Source: Clostridia bacterium (GTDB lineage Bacteria > Bacillota > Clostridia > Christensenellales > Aristaeellaceae). Taken from it: a stretch of DNA of 25,738 nt. The stretch covers positions 1-25,738 of the forward strand of contig JAFYDF010000026.1 in NCBI GenBank assembly GCA_017544935.1. The letters are read 5' to 3'. Below the pieces are notes generated by a model. It saw only the letters and a list, made by a program, of their open reading frames with translations, was not told the origin of the DNA and did not search any database. This document shows positions 7,160-16,961 of this stretch, one piece after another. The position numbers and the translations under genes were made by a program. Position 1 is the stretch's first letter, and the number at the start of each line of letters is the position of its first letter.

Positions 7160-9874
7160 TTATTGGATCTTAATGCCGTACATGTAGGCATTGTCTTTAG
7201 AGCATGTGCCGATGACCAGCATATTGTTGTATACAGCGGGAGAAGCCTGAATATCACCGCCCAGATCGAGCTTGTTGCGTATCTCACCGGTCAGGCCATC
7301 CAGCAGATATAGGACACCATTGCGGTCAGCCTGCACGACCCAGCTCTTACCATTCGCATTGTAAACAGCTACAGGGGAAGAGATGGCTTCCGCACTCAGC
7401 TCACAGCGCCAGACTTCAGCACCCGTATTCTCGTTCAATGCGAGGATTGTGGAACGTTTGGCACCGCCAGTCATATTGACGGTAAAGATGACAAGGTCTG
7501 CGATATCGTTTTGACCAATCAGCGGACTGGCTTTGAGGCCGGCGTTCTGCTCCTTGTTGTATACACAGGAAATATCATACTTCCAAACTTCCTCGCCAGT
7601 CAGTGCATTGATACGGCGCAAGGAGACTTTGGATTTTGCCTTGTTCAGACGCGTGTACATGGTATTGCCGGTATATAGCCCGAGGTTGCCTTCGGCATCA
7701 AAGTCGAGTGCCAGAGCGGCATCCGTATTGTCACCTGTATCAAATGCCCACACAGCATTCATGGTGTTGGAATCGACACACTGGAGAATACCGTGCGTAT
7801 CAGCAGTATAGATGTAGCTGCCATATACTGATACACTGGTCTCAGCAGCGACATTCTTGTCATCCTCAGCCTTCGCCTTGACTTTCAGTGTGACAATATC
7901 CTTGTTGATGGCTACTTCCGGAGTATGCGTGATGGAACCGTCCGGATCCAGGAACTTGAAGTTGGTGTTCAAGCTTACAGTATAGATCAGACCATTTTCG
8001 CCGGTAACGATCATAGTATCACTGGCACGGTCGAAGATGGCGGAGCCATCAAAGGCACCGTTTGTGCCATACTGATCCTGCTGGTTGGACTTGCGTCCGT
8101 TGATGAGCATCAGTTCCTTGCCATCCAACATGCTGAATACGCGGAATCCGATATCGCCCGTCTTATTAGGCAGTTTTGAGATTGCCTGACCAATGGCGAG
8201 GATCGGATAGCCCTGAGGATGCACAGCGACACTGGACTTGAGCGGATACCCGACATTGATGGCGTCACGGGTCGGCTGACCGTCATTCAGATCCAGGAAA
8301 TAGATCTTGCCGTCCAAGCCGCCGAAAATGACTTCCTTGAGAACGCTGACATCGCGCTTGGCTTCATATATGTTCATCCAGATGGTGCGCTGCTCTGTCA
8401 TCAGTTTGATGATGGCAGGCTGGCCGGTCCAACCGACGCCGTAGAGCGTGCCGCTGTCCGCGGTTCGCAGACTACCCAGCTGGTACTTCCATGCGACGGA
8501 CATGGATTCTTCCTGTACGTCCACAGTGCCGAAAGCAGCATTCTGACGGAAGCTGTCGCCGCGGAATGCGGTGATGCCATTATACAGAGAGTACTGCTCG
8601 GGCGCCGGCATATTGATGGCGGCCTTGCGTGCAAGCGATGTGACTTTCTTGCCGTTCTGATATACGGTCTGCGTCAGCCCCAGGAGCTTGGGATCGGCAG
8701 AAGTACTGCCGGAGACGGCCAGCTGCGGCATAGGCGTGTTGGTAGGTACAGGCGTGGGTGTCGGGGTAGGTGTAGGAGTGGGGGTAGGCGTGGGTGTCGG
8801 GGTAGGCGTGGGTGTCGGGGTAGGAGTCGGAGTAGGAGTTGCAGTCGGTACTGCAGTGGGTACTTCTGTCGGCACCACGGTGGGAGTTACAGGCTGTGCA
8901 CTCGGTACGACAAACCCGGAAACGACAGTTGCGGTCGGGACGGTTGTAGCGGGTACATTGGTCACCGGTACGTTCGTCGGGACGGAGGTCGGGACGGGTG
9001 TGGGAGTTGGTGTCGGTGCAGGCGTCGGTGTCGGTGTCGGTGCGGTTACGAGCATGGTAAGCTTGCTGTCGGTACGCCGCCAACCATTCTTTTCCTGCAG
9101 TGCAGCATATACATCGCCGACAAAAACGTCCTCAAAGCGGACAGATACTACCCAGGTAGTTCCTGCATCATCCTTGCGCTGGACAGCGCCTGGCAGTGCT
9201 GTGCCGTTCTCATCAGTCAGCATGACGTTCTGGACTGACTTGGTAGTTGTTATATTGAACTGTGCGGTGCTGCCTACAGTCAGACTGGTGCTGGCGGTCT
9301 GGAACAGATGGATCTCCGCCTGTTCTTCCTTAATGCCCAGCGTGGAAGAAAGCTTGTCACGGAGGTCATACAGAGCGCCTGAGAAACCGCCGCCGTCACG
9401 CGGACGCGCAACGAGCGAAGGCAGGAAATACATTCCGGCTGCAAACAACGCAATAACCAGCACGATGCAGATGAGTGCGGTCAGCCAGCCGCGGCTGCGG
9501 GGCTCATCATCGTCTTCATAGGTTTCATCGGGGTACAGCTGATCGTCGGCGAGGCCGCCGGCGTTCTCCTCGATATTGCTGGCGCGGCGTTCTTTTCCGT
9601 AGGAACGCGGTGCGGGATCCTCAGCTTCATAAACGATCGGTGCACGATAAACTGTCGCACTGTCATCGGTGCGGGGAATCTGTTTTGTTTCTTCAGGCGC
9701 CGATGCTTCCGTGACTTTTTCGTTCACCGGTGAAAAGCGGCGCGTTTCCTGTGCTGGTTCAGCAGGCACAGTCGCAGCGGGCTGTTCACTCCTGTGACGG
9801 TCGGAACGGCGATGGCGCACATAGGGGACGGAAGACTGTTCCTGAGGGATATTGGGATCAAATTGATCAGCCAT
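7160..9874 (-). CDS. Membrane-anchored surface protein: acidic/charged disordered N-terminus, one TM helix, a beta-rich domain, a long Pro-Thr linker, and a C-terminal PQQ-like (BamB/YfgL-type) beta-propeller
   Basis: The preferred start is ATG 9874 (MADQFD..), 7 nt after AAGGAG. The track start at 9895 has no RBS. TM helix [24 protein letters not shown] linker ..[33 protein letters not shown].. Propeller-type repeats include [62 protein letters not shown] and [18 protein letters not shown]. Confidence 0.85.
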   Translation of the reverse strand: MADQFDPNIPQEQSSVPYVRHRRSDRHRSEQPAATVPAEPAQETRRFSPVNEKVTEASAPEETKQIPRTDDSATVYRAPIVYEAEDPAPRSYGKERRASNIEENAGGLADDQLYPDETYEDDDEPRSRGWLTALICIVLVIALFAAGMYFLPSLVARPRDGGGFSGALYDLRDKLSSTLGIKEEQAEIHLFQTASTSLTVGSTAQFNITTTKSVQNVMLTDENGTALPGAVQRKDDAGTTWVVSVRFEDVFVGDVYAALQEKNGWRRTDSKLTMLVTAPTPTPTPAPTPTPTPVPTSVPTNVPVTNVPATTVPTATVVSGFVVPSAQPVTPTVVPTEVPTAVPTATPTPTPTPTPTPTPTPTPTPTPTPTPTPTPVPTNTPMPQLAVSGSTSADPKLLGLTQTVYQNGKKVTSLARKAAINMPAPEQYSLYNGITAFRGDSFRQNAAFGTVDVQEESMSVAWKYQLGSLRTADSGTLYGVGWTGQPAIIKLMTEQRTIWMNIYEAKRDVSVLKEVIFGGLDGKIYFLDLNDGQPTRDAINVGYPLKSSVAVHPQGYPILAIGQAISKLPNKTGDIGFRVFSMLDGKELMLINGRKSNQQDQYGTNGAFDGSAIFDRASDTMIVTGENGLIYTVSLNTNFKFLDPDGSITHTPEVAINKDIVTLKVKAKAEDDKNVAAETSVSVYGSYIYTADTHGILQCVDSNTMNAVWAFDTGDNTDAALALDFDAEGNLGLYTGNTMYTRLNKAKSKVSLRRINALTGEEVWKYDISCVYNKEQNAGLKASPLIGQNDIADLVIFTVNMTGGAKRSTILALNENTGAEVWRCELSAEAISSPVAVYNANGKSWVVQADRNGVLYLLDGLTGEIRNKLDLGGDIQASPAVYNNMLVIGTCSKDNAYMYGIKIQ
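8744..8842. repeat. In-frame GT-rich tandem repeat encoding the (Pro-Thr)n linker
   Basis: The 18-nt unit GGTAGGCGTGGGTGTCGG is perfectly duplicated in tandem at 8783-8800 and 8801-8818, with degenerate copies on both sides. It lies inside CDS 7160-9874. Confidence 0.85.
8994..9047. repeat. Second, shorter GGTGTC-type repeat block encoding [16 protein letters not shown]
   Basis: GGTGTCGGTGCAGGCGTCGGTGTCGGTGTCGGTGCGG, with hexamer periodicity. Coding, in the same CDS. Confidence 0.75.
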
Positions 9875-9921
9875 GCTTTTACTCCTTACGGACATAAAAA
9901 TAAGAAATAAGATTTCATCCC

Positions 9922-9950
9922 ATTATAGCAAACAGTATCAGAAATGGCAA
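9922..9950 (-). promoter_or_regulatory. Sigma-70/SigA-type promoter for the 904-aa surface-protein gene
   Basis: On the minus strand: TTGCCA (9950-9945), a 17-nt spacer, then a perfect TATAAT (9927-9922), about 45 nt upstream of ATG 9874. Confidence 0.5.
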
Positions 9951-10017
9951 GCATCGGCAATATGGATTTACATGCTATATTGTATTGCTGAGAAGGCTCT
10001 TTACATGCGGATTTTGC

Positions 10018-10046
10018 TTGTGAAAACGCTTGGAAAATGATATGAT
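10018..10046 (+). promoter_or_regulatory. Candidate promoter for the GT2/GtrA-lepA-prfA-GNAT-topB block
   Basis: TTGTGA (10018-10023), a 17-nt spacer, then TATGAT (10041-10046) preceded by TGa (extended -10-like). About 50 nt upstream of ATG 10096. Confidence 0.4.
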
Positions 10047-10095
10047 ATATAAGGCGAAGTGTACGCCATCTATTTGTAACACCTGAGGAGGGCCT

Positions 10096-11223
10096 ATGCA
10101 GGCAAATCAACTGTGCGTATTGATACCGTCGCTCGAGCCCGATGAGCGTCTGCCGAAATATGTCGATTCACTGATTGACGCGGGTTTCGGACTGATCCTG
10201 ATTGTCAACGACGGGTCTTCAAAAGAATATGATCCGATCTTCGATTCTATTGCAGCCAAGGAACGCTGCCATGTCCTGAAGCATGAAGTCAACCGCGGAA
10301 AGGGCCAGGCCTTGCGCACCGGCATCGAATATATCCGTGATCATACAACGCTTGACGGTGTGATTACGGCAGATGCCGATGGCCAGCATACTGCACCGGA
10401 CACCCTGAAACTGGCTGAGCGCCTGGAAAAGGGACGTCGGGAGCTGTTGCTGGGTTCACGTGATTTTTCACGGAATAACAAGAATATTCCCGCACGCTCG
10501 AGCTTTGGCAATCGCGTAACGAGCTCTGTATTTGCAGTTCTGTATGGGCATTGGCTGCCCGATACGCAGACCGGACTGCGAGCAGTGGAGCGCGCATGCT
10601 TTGATGACCTACTGGCAGTGACAGGAGATCGTTTTGAGTATGAGATGAACATGCTGATCTACTGCGCAACGAACAAGATCGCATTCCAGATCATACCGAT
10701 CGAGACCATTTACCTGGAAGAGAACAAGTCTTCACACTTTCATCCTCTTCGGGACAGCTGGCGTATTTATAAACTGCTGCTGGGTTCCTTCTTCCGTTAC
10801 AGCGCTGCGAGCATCCTCTCGTTTTTGGTAGATTATGCGATCCTGAGCCTGATCATGTTCTTCATTTTCCGCGGCTCATATGCGGAAACTACAATAACGG
10901 TCCTGGGCATCCGCTTTGCGTTCCGCGCACTAGTTGCGGCACCAATCGCGCGTTTGTGCTCAGCGCCGGTCAATTTCCTGCTGAACAAGAATTACGCATT
11001 CAGGATCAAGGAAAGTCGCGGCGCGGTGAAACGCTATATTATCCTAGCTGCAGCTTGCCTTGTGGCAACGACTGTCTTATTCGGGTTTTTCGATACGTTC
11101 GTGCATTCAAATGTACTGCATATTTTGCTCAAAGTCGTGATCGACGTGGGCCTGTACATTTTCAATTATCGTATTCAGCGTAACTGGGTATTCCGCAGTT
11201 CCGCCGGCAAGGAGGACGCCTGA
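10096..11223 (+). CDS. Bifunctional glycosyltransferase family 2 / GtrA-like membrane domain protein (polyprenol-phosphate sugar synthase-like)
   Basis: N-terminal GT-A motifs: [24 protein letters not shown]. The C-terminal part has four hydrophobic helices with GtrA-type motifs: [12 protein letters not shown] and [20 protein letters not shown] 5 nt before the ATG. Confidence 0.85.
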   Translation: MQANQLCVLIPSLEPDERLPKYVDSLIDAGFGLILIVNDGSSKEYDPIFDSIAAKERCHVLKHEVNRGKGQALRTGIEYIRDHTTLDGVITADADGQHTAPDTLKLAERLEKGRRELLLGSRDFSRNNKNIPARSSFGNRVTSSVFAVLYGHWLPDTQTGLRAVERACFDDLLAVTGDRFEYEMNMLIYCATNKIAFQIIPIETIYLEENKSSHFHPLRDSWRIYKLLLGSFFRYSAASILSFLVDYAILSLIMFFIFRGSYAETTITVLGIRFAFRALVAAPIARLCSAPVNFLLNKNYAFRIKESRGAVKRYIILAAACLVATTVLFGFFDTFVHSNVLHILLKVVIDVGLYIFNYRIQRNWVFRSSAGKEDA

Positions 11224-13031
11224 TGGCAAACGACCGCCTTTCCCATATCCGCAATTTCTGTATCATCGCGCATATCGATCATGGCAAATCCACACTGGCA
11301 GACCGTATTCTGGAGATGACCGGTGTATTTGAAAAGCGCGAAATGGTGGAGCAGATCCTCGACTCGATGGAACTTGAACGCGAGCGTGGCATCACCATCA
11401 AAAGCAAAGCCGTACGCATGCATTATACGGCGCGAGACGGGGAAACATACGAGCTGAACCTGATCGATACACCAGGTCATGTCGACTTTACGTATGAGGT
11501 CAGCCGCGCACTCGCAGCCTGCGAAGGTGCACTGCTCGTGGTGGATGCTACGCAGGGCATTGAAGCACAGACATTGGCGAATGTGTATATGGCACTGGAG
11601 CACAATCTGGAGACTGTGCCGGTGATCAATAAGATCGACCTGCCTTCCGCACAACCGGAAGAAGTGCGGCACGAGATCGAGGAAGTGATCGGCCTGGATG
11701 CCGAGAACGCCCCGCTGACAAGCGCCAAACAGGGTATAGGCATTGAAGATGTGCTGGAAGCCGTGGTGACGCAGATGCCGCCGCCGGAAGGCGATGAGAA
11801 CAAACCGCTCAAGGCATTGGTGTTTGACGCAAAGTATGACAACTACCGCGGTGCGATCTGCTATGTGCGCGTGATGGAAGGCCGCATTTATCCTGGAATG
11901 CGCATGCGTATGATGCAGACCGGTGCCGAGTTCGATGTTGTGGAAACAGGCTACCTGACGCCCAACTGCGAGCCTGCGCAGGAACTGCTGGCGGGCGAAG
12001 TGGGATATATTGCTGCCAGCATCAAGGACCTGCGCGATACGCGTGTAGGCGATACCGTAACTGATGCTGCAAAGCCTGCCGATGAGGCGCTCCCCGGATA
12101 CCGGAATGTGACGCCCATGGTCTACTGCGGTATCTATCCCGCGGATGGTGCAGACTATGAGAACTTAAAGGACGCTCTTGAAAAACTGCGCATGAATGAT
12201 GCTTCGCTTTCGTATGAGCCGGAAACCAGCGTTGCGCTGGGCTACGGTTTCCGCTGCGGATTCCTGGGCCTTCTGCACATGGAAATCATCCAGATGCGTC
12301 TGGAAAGGGAATTCGATCTGGACCTGGTGACCACTGCACCAAGTGTTATCTATGAAGTGACCAAGACGAATGGCACCACAATAATGATCGATAATCCTGC
12401 GAACCTGCCGCCGGTAACGGAGATTGCGGAAATGAAAGAACCGTATGTCTTGGTGACTATTTATACGCCGCAGGATTATGTGGGAACGCTTATGGACCTA
12501 TGCCAGGAAAAGCGCGGTGTGTTCAAGGATATGCAGTATGAGGGCGGACGCGTCAAGCTGACATATGACGTACCGCTCAATGAGGTCATATTTGATTTCT
12601 TTGATGCCTTGAAGAGCCGGAGCCGCGGCTATGCAAGCATGGATTACGAGCTTAAGGATTATGAAACCAGTGATCTGGTCAAGCTTGACTTTTTGCTTAA
12701 CGGCGACATCTGTGACGCGTTTACCATGATCGTACATCGCGACCGCGCATATGCCCGGGGGCGGAGTATAGCGGAGAAACTCTGTGAAGTCATACCGCGC
12801 CAGCAGTTCGATATCCCGATCCAGGCAGCTATCGGCGGCAAGGTCATTGCCCGTGAAACGGTCAAAGCGGTCCGCAAAGACGTGCTGGCTAAGTGCTATG
12901 GTGGTGATATTACCCGTAAGAAGAAGCTGCTCGAGAAGCAGAAAGAGGGTAAAAAACGCATGCGGCAGTTCGGTACGGTCGAAGTGCCCAGCGAGGCATT
13001 CATGAAAGTACTGAAGATGAACGACGACTGA
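11223..13031 (+). CDS. lepA: Translation elongation factor 4 (LepA)
   Basis: [20 protein letters not shown] (G1), [10 protein letters not shown] (G3), NKIDL (G4), and the LepA-specific C-terminus ..[23 protein letters not shown]. The ATG overlaps the upstream TGA (TGATG). Confidence 0.97.
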   Translation: MANDRLSHIRNFCIIAHIDHGKSTLADRILEMTGVFEKREMVEQILDSMELERERGITIKSKAVRMHYTARDGETYELNLIDTPGHVDFTYEVSRALAACEGALLVVDATQGIEAQTLANVYMALEHNLETVPVINKIDLPSAQPEEVRHEIEEVIGLDAENAPLTSAKQGIGIEDVLEAVVTQMPPPEGDENKPLKALVFDAKYDNYRGAICYVRVMEGRIYPGMRMRMMQTGAEFDVVETGYLTPNCEPAQELLAGEVGYIAASIKDLRDTRVGDTVTDAAKPADEALPGYRNVTPMVYCGIYPADGADYENLKDALEKLRMNDASLSYEPETSVALGYGFRCGFLGLLHMEIIQMRLEREFDLDLVTTAPSVIYEVTKTNGTTIMIDNPANLPPVTEIAEMKEPYVLVTIYTPQDYVGTLMDLCQEKRGVFKDMQYEGGRVKLTYDVPLNEVIFDFFDALKSRSRGYASMDYELKDYETSDLVKLDFLLNGDICDAFTMIVHRDRAYARGRSIAEKLCEVIPRQQFDIPIQAAIGGKVIARETVKAVRKDVLAKCYGGDITRKKKLLEKQKEGKKRMRQFGTVEVPSEAFMKVLKMNDD

Positions 13032-14101
13032 TGGAAGCTAAATATACCGAAAAATTTGAATGGATGCAGAATCGTCTGGAAGAGCTCACCGAAGCAGTGG
13101 CTCAGCCGGACATAATGGCTGATCTGCCGCGCTGGCAGGCCCTGCTGCGCGAACAGACGCAGCTGCAGCCGGCTGTATCGGCTTGGCAGGCATATCAGAC
13201 GCTCTGCCGGCAGCTCGAGGAAGCTCAGGAGCTGGCGGATGACCCGGACATGGGTGAACTGGCACGCATGGAAGTCAGGACGCTCAGCGAGCGTGAAAAG
13301 GAGGAAGCGGAACGACTGATTCCTTATCTGCTTCCGCATGATCCGGACGATGACCGCAGCGTGGTCCTGGAAGTGCGAGGCGGAGCAGGCGGGGATGAGG
13401 CCAGCCTGTTTGCTGCACTGCTTTTGCGCATGTATACTCGTTATGCAGAGCGCCGGGGATGGTCAGTTTCGCTGACTGACGTGAATGAGACCGAGCTGGG
13501 CGGCGTCAAGGAAGCGGTCGTGACGATTAATGGCCGCGGCGCGTACAGCCGCCTCAAGTTTGAAAGCGGCGTGCACCGCATCCAGCGTGTGCCCGTGACG
13601 GAAGCAGGCGGGCGTATCCATACGTCTACTGCGACAGTGGCCGTACTGCCCGAAGCCGAAACGGTGGAAGTCGAAATCAAGCAGGAAGACATCAGGATCG
13701 ATACATACCGTGCCAGCGGCCATGGAGGACAGTATATCAACCGTACTGACAGCGCCGTGCGCATCACGCATCTGCCAACAGGCCTTGTAGTCACCTGCCA
13801 GGATGAAAAGAGCCAGCTTAAAAACAAAGATAAGGCCATGAAGGTGCTGGCCAGCCGCTTGTATGATCTGTACCGCAGCCAGGCGGACAGCGAATATGCC
13901 GCAAACCGTCGCGCACAAGTAGGAACAGGCGAACGCAACGAGCGCATCCGGACGTATAACTTTCCTCAGGGGCGTGTGACAGACCACCGCATTGGGTTGA
14001 CACTGTATAAGATTGATGCCATCGTGGACGGGGACCTGGATGAGATCATAGACGCATTGACGGTGGAAGACCAGGCACAGAAGTTAAAAGCACTGGGCTG
14101 A
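13031..14101 (+). CDS. prfA: Peptide chain release factor 1
   Basis: GGQ motif in [25 protein letters not shown]. An RF1-type PxT tripeptide in [14 protein letters not shown] (PVT), not the SPF of RF2. The ATG overlaps the lepA TGA. Confidence 0.95.
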   Translation: MEAKYTEKFEWMQNRLEELTEAVAQPDIMADLPRWQALLREQTQLQPAVSAWQAYQTLCRQLEEAQELADDPDMGELARMEVRTLSEREKEEAERLIPYLLPHDPDDDRSVVLEVRGGAGGDEASLFAALLLRMYTRYAERRGWSVSLTDVNETELGGVKEAVVTINGRGAYSRLKFESGVHRIQRVPVTEAGGRIHTSTATVAVLPEAETVEVEIKQEDIRIDTYRASGHGGQYINRTDSAVRITHLPTGLVVTCQDEKSQLKNKDKAMKVLASRLYDLYRSQADSEYAANRRAQVGTGERNERIRTYNFPQGRVTDHRIGLTLYKIDAIVDGDLDEIIDALTVEDQAQKLKALG

Positions 14102-14103
14102 AT

Positions 14104-14556
14104 ATGATCATAGAAACAGTTAATTTGCAGAATATAGATGATGCCGCATGGATCCATTCTATGTCATGGCAGGAATCTCATCGTGCTTTTTGTACAGAGG
14201 AATTCGTCAGAGCGCATACTCCTGAACGTCAGAAGGGATATCTGCTAGCAAAAATGCAGCAGGGGACAACAGTGTATATGCTTCGGGACGATATGCCTGT
14301 GGCTGTCGTATCGGTCACTGGAAGCTTGATCGAGGATCTTTATGTGCTGCCGGAATACCAGCACAGAGGTTATGGTACGCACCTGCTTGACTGGGCGGTA
14401 AGTTGCTGCATGGAAATACCTACTTTATGGATTTTGGATAATAATGACAGAGCGAGAAATCTGTATGAAAAATACGGCTTTCATGAAACCGGGAATGTAC
14501 ACCAACTGACGGAAAATCTAAGCGAGATTGAGTTTTCTTTGAAAACAGGAGAGTAA
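14104..14556 (+). CDS. GNAT-family N-acetyltransferase
   Basis: 150 aa. Acetyl-CoA binding motif A in LYVLPEYQHRGYGTHLL, and NLYEKYGF near the C-terminus. It starts 2 nt after the prfA stop. Confidence 0.8.
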   Translation: MIIETVNLQNIDDAAWIHSMSWQESHRAFCTEEFVRAHTPERQKGYLLAKMQQGTTVYMLRDDMPVAVVSVTGSLIEDLYVLPEYQHRGYGTHLLDWAVSCCMEIPTLWILDNNDRARNLYEKYGFHETGNVHQLTENLSEIEFSLKTGE

Positions 14557-14559
14557 TCA

Positions 14560-16758
14560 ATGATCGTAATCGTAGCTGAAAAGCCCAGTGTAGGGCGTGA
14601 CATTGCGCATGTACTGGGCTGCAGTCAGAGTGGCGAAGGCTGCATCAGAGGCGACAAGTATACTGTTACCTGGGCCCTGGGACACCTGGTCACACTCTGC
14701 GAGCCGGATGAGATCGATGAGAAATACAAAAAATGGCGCATGGACGACCTGCCTATGCTGCCTGATGAACTTCCCACTAAGATCATTGCGAAAACGCGCA
14801 AGCAGTTCACAGTAGTCAAGAAGCTGATTAATGATAAGGACACAGAGCGTGTGATCTGTGCAACAGATGCCGGGCGTGAAGGCGAACTGATATTCTATTA
14901 CATTTATACACAGGCGAAGTGCCAGAAACCAGTGGACCGGCTATGGATTTCATCCATGACCGATGAAGCCATCCGCGAAGGCTTTGATCAGCTGAAGCCG
15001 GATATTGAGTATGAAGGCCTGCGCAAAAGCGCGGTATGCCGTTCTGAGGCGGACTGGCTGGTAGGCATGAACGCCAGCCGCGCGTTCACACTGCGCTATA
15101 ATGCGTTACTGTCAATCGGACGTGTGCAGACTCCCACCCTCAATATCCTGGTCAAACGCCGCAAGGAGATTGAAGATTTCAAGCCTGTCGAGTATTATAC
15201 TTTGACAGCGGATTTCGGGGATTACACAGGCCTGTGGTTCGACGAGAAGGCCGAGGATAAGACAGCTCAGCGAATTTCTTCAAAAGAACGCGCGGAGGAA
15301 CTTGCGTCCAAAGTCAAGGGAAAACCGGCACGCGTACGCTCAGTCACGAGCGAGGAGAAGCGTGAACTTCCACCTCAGCTGTATGATCTGACCAGCCTGC
15401 AGCGTGACGCGAACCGTATGCTCGGCTTTACAGCAGAGAAAACACTGAAGATCGCGCAGTCATTATATGAAAAATGGAAGCTCCTGACATATCCGCGTAC
15501 CGATAGCCGCTATTTGCCAATGGACATGCTGCCTAAGCTGTACCAGACACTGAAGGTGCTCCCAGAGCCTTACCGCAGCATGGAAGCAGGTATGGCGCGC
15601 AAGGAAGACGGCAAGCTGTATGTGTCCAAGCGCATTTTTGACAACGCTAAGGTGAGTGACCATCACGCATTGCTGCCGACACCTAAAACGGCAGACTTGA
15701 GCAAGCTGCCGCAGGATGAGCGTAGCCTGTATGATCTCGTCGCGCGCCGCATGCTCGCAGCTTTTTATCCTGCTTACGAATATGACGCAGTACGTGTGAT
15801 CACGGACTGTGAAGGGGAAGCGTTCCGCAGCACCGGCCGCGCCGTAAAGCAGGAGGGCTGGAAGGCTCTCTATCAGCAGCAGCCGGAAGAACAGCCCAAG
15901 AAGGGCCGCGGCAAAAAGAAATCCGATGAGGACGAGGAAGATATTGCTCAGCTGCCGGCACTGCAGGCGGGTGAGGATCGCACAGTCAAAAAAACATCGG
16001 TTCAGCAGTGCGCGACAAAACCGCCTGCTCCACATACCGATGCGAGCTTGCTAGCGGCTATGGAGCATGCCGGCAGAGAGATTGAGGATGAAGAACTGCG
16101 TGAGTCAATGAAAGGTGCAGGCCTTGGTACGCCAGCGACCCGTGCAGCTATTATCGAACGGCTGCTGCAGGTAGGCTACGCCGCCCGGCGCGGGCGTACG
16201 ATCAACGCAACGGACAAAGGCGTGCGGCTGATTGACGTAGTGCCAGATGAGATTGCTTCACCCGAAATGACCGGACGCTGGGAAAAAGCGCTGGACGAGA
16301 TCGCAAAGAACCAAGGGGATACAGACCGTTTTATGCAGGGTATTCGCCGCATGAGCGCATTCTTGGTGGAGTTTGCCCGCGACGGGGCACCCAAGGCGGA
16401 TTTCCCGGAAGAACAGCGGCGTGGGAGCAAAAGTGCTTCGCATTCGGGTGTTAAACCGCTGACGGATGCAGTCTGTCCGCTGTGCGGGAAACCGGTGCAG
16501 GAGACCGCAAAAGCGTTTGGATGCTCCGGATGGAAAGAGGGCTGCAAGTTTACACTCTGGAAGGACGGCTTGACACGCGGTGGCGGTCCTGCCTTGAATG
16601 CAAAGATCGTACAGCTTCTACTAAAGAACGGTACAGTCAAAGGCAGTACAGGAACCCTATCAATAAGCGGGGAACAGCTGTCTTTTACGGCAAATGGCCA
16701 AAGTGTACCCGGCATAAGCGTGAATGTTCGTTATGAAAAGAAAACCGCAGGGAAGTAA
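14560..16758 (+). CDS. topB: DNA topoisomerase III (type IA) with a C-terminal zinc-ribbon
   Basis: Toprim region MIVIVAEKPSVGRDIA, TWALGHL, ATDAGREGELI. Active-site region LLTYPRTDSRYL. C-terminal CPLCGKPV..CSGWKEGCKFTLWK. AGGAG RBS. Confidence 0.9.
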   Translation: MIVIVAEKPSVGRDIAHVLGCSQSGEGCIRGDKYTVTWALGHLVTLCEPDEIDEKYKKWRMDDLPMLPDELPTKIIAKTRKQFTVVKKLINDKDTERVICATDAGREGELIFYYIYTQAKCQKPVDRLWISSMTDEAIREGFDQLKPDIEYEGLRKSAVCRSEADWLVGMNASRAFTLRYNALLSIGRVQTPTLNILVKRRKEIEDFKPVEYYTLTADFGDYTGLWFDEKAEDKTAQRISSKERAEELASKVKGKPARVRSVTSEEKRELPPQLYDLTSLQRDANRMLGFTAEKTLKIAQSLYEKWKLLTYPRTDSRYLPMDMLPKLYQTLKVLPEPYRSMEAGMARKEDGKLYVSKRIFDNAKVSDHHALLPTPKTADLSKLPQDERSLYDLVARRMLAAFYPAYEYDAVRVITDCEGEAFRSTGRAVKQEGWKALYQQQPEEQPKKGRGKKKSDEDEEDIAQLPALQAGEDRTVKKTSVQQCATKPPAPHTDASLLAAMEHAGREIEDEELRESMKGAGLGTPATRAAIIERLLQVGYAARRGRTINATDKGVRLIDVVPDEIASPEMTGRWEKALDEIAKNQGDTDRFMQGIRRMSAFLVEFARDGAPKADFPEEQRRGSKSASHSGVKPLTDAVCPLCGKPVQETAKAFGCSGWKEGCKFTLWKDGLTRGGGPALNAKIVQLLLKNGTVKGSTGTLSISGEQLSFTANGQSVPGISVNVRYEKKTAGK

Positions 16759-16819
16759 TTGATATGCTCCCTTCATAGGCGACAGTGAGGAACTGTTCTA
16801 TGAAGGGAGCATATCAATT
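16757..16819. terminator. Very long perfect hairpin between convergent topB and the transglutaminase gene (putative bidirectional terminator or palindromic element)
   Basis: AATTGATATGCTCCCTTCATAG (16757-16778) is the exact reverse complement of 16798-16819, giving a 22-bp stem. An additional ACAGT/ACTGT pairing lies inside the 19-nt loop. The left arm overlaps the topB TAA. There is no clear U-tract on either side. Confidence 0.45.
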
Positions 16820-16961
16820 GTATAAAACAAAGCTGAGCGTAGAATTGAAGAGGGAGAAAGTAAAACTGCAATTGCATACGAAATGGAATCTATGAATGTG
16901 AGCCTTCCTTAAAAATGCTACAATCCATAGAATGGACAGAAATAATCTGTTTCGTTCAGAC

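Noticed and set aside
5943-7187. A 414-aa ORF antisense to glpK, together with similar shadow ORFs at 8219-9238, 15463-16035, 16176-16715, 13441-13987 and 11175-11672
   Set aside because: The three I checked by arithmetic (5943, 8219, 15463) sit in the same codon-aligned antisense register as the sense gene. The opposite strands carry unmistakable conserved proteins (GlpK, the propeller protein, TopB, RF1, LepA).
8744-9047. Short periodic repeats that might suggest a CRISPR array
   Set aside because: The units are 6-18 nt, contiguous, without unique spacers, and in frame inside a long CDS encoding Pro-Thr. This is not CRISPR-like.
8688-9521. A 277-aa ORF rich in GVGVGV, and a 167-aa ORF at 8580-9083
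   Set aside because: These are alternative-frame readings of the (PT)n-coding GT-rich tandem repeat. The low-complexity repeat suppresses stop codons in all frames.
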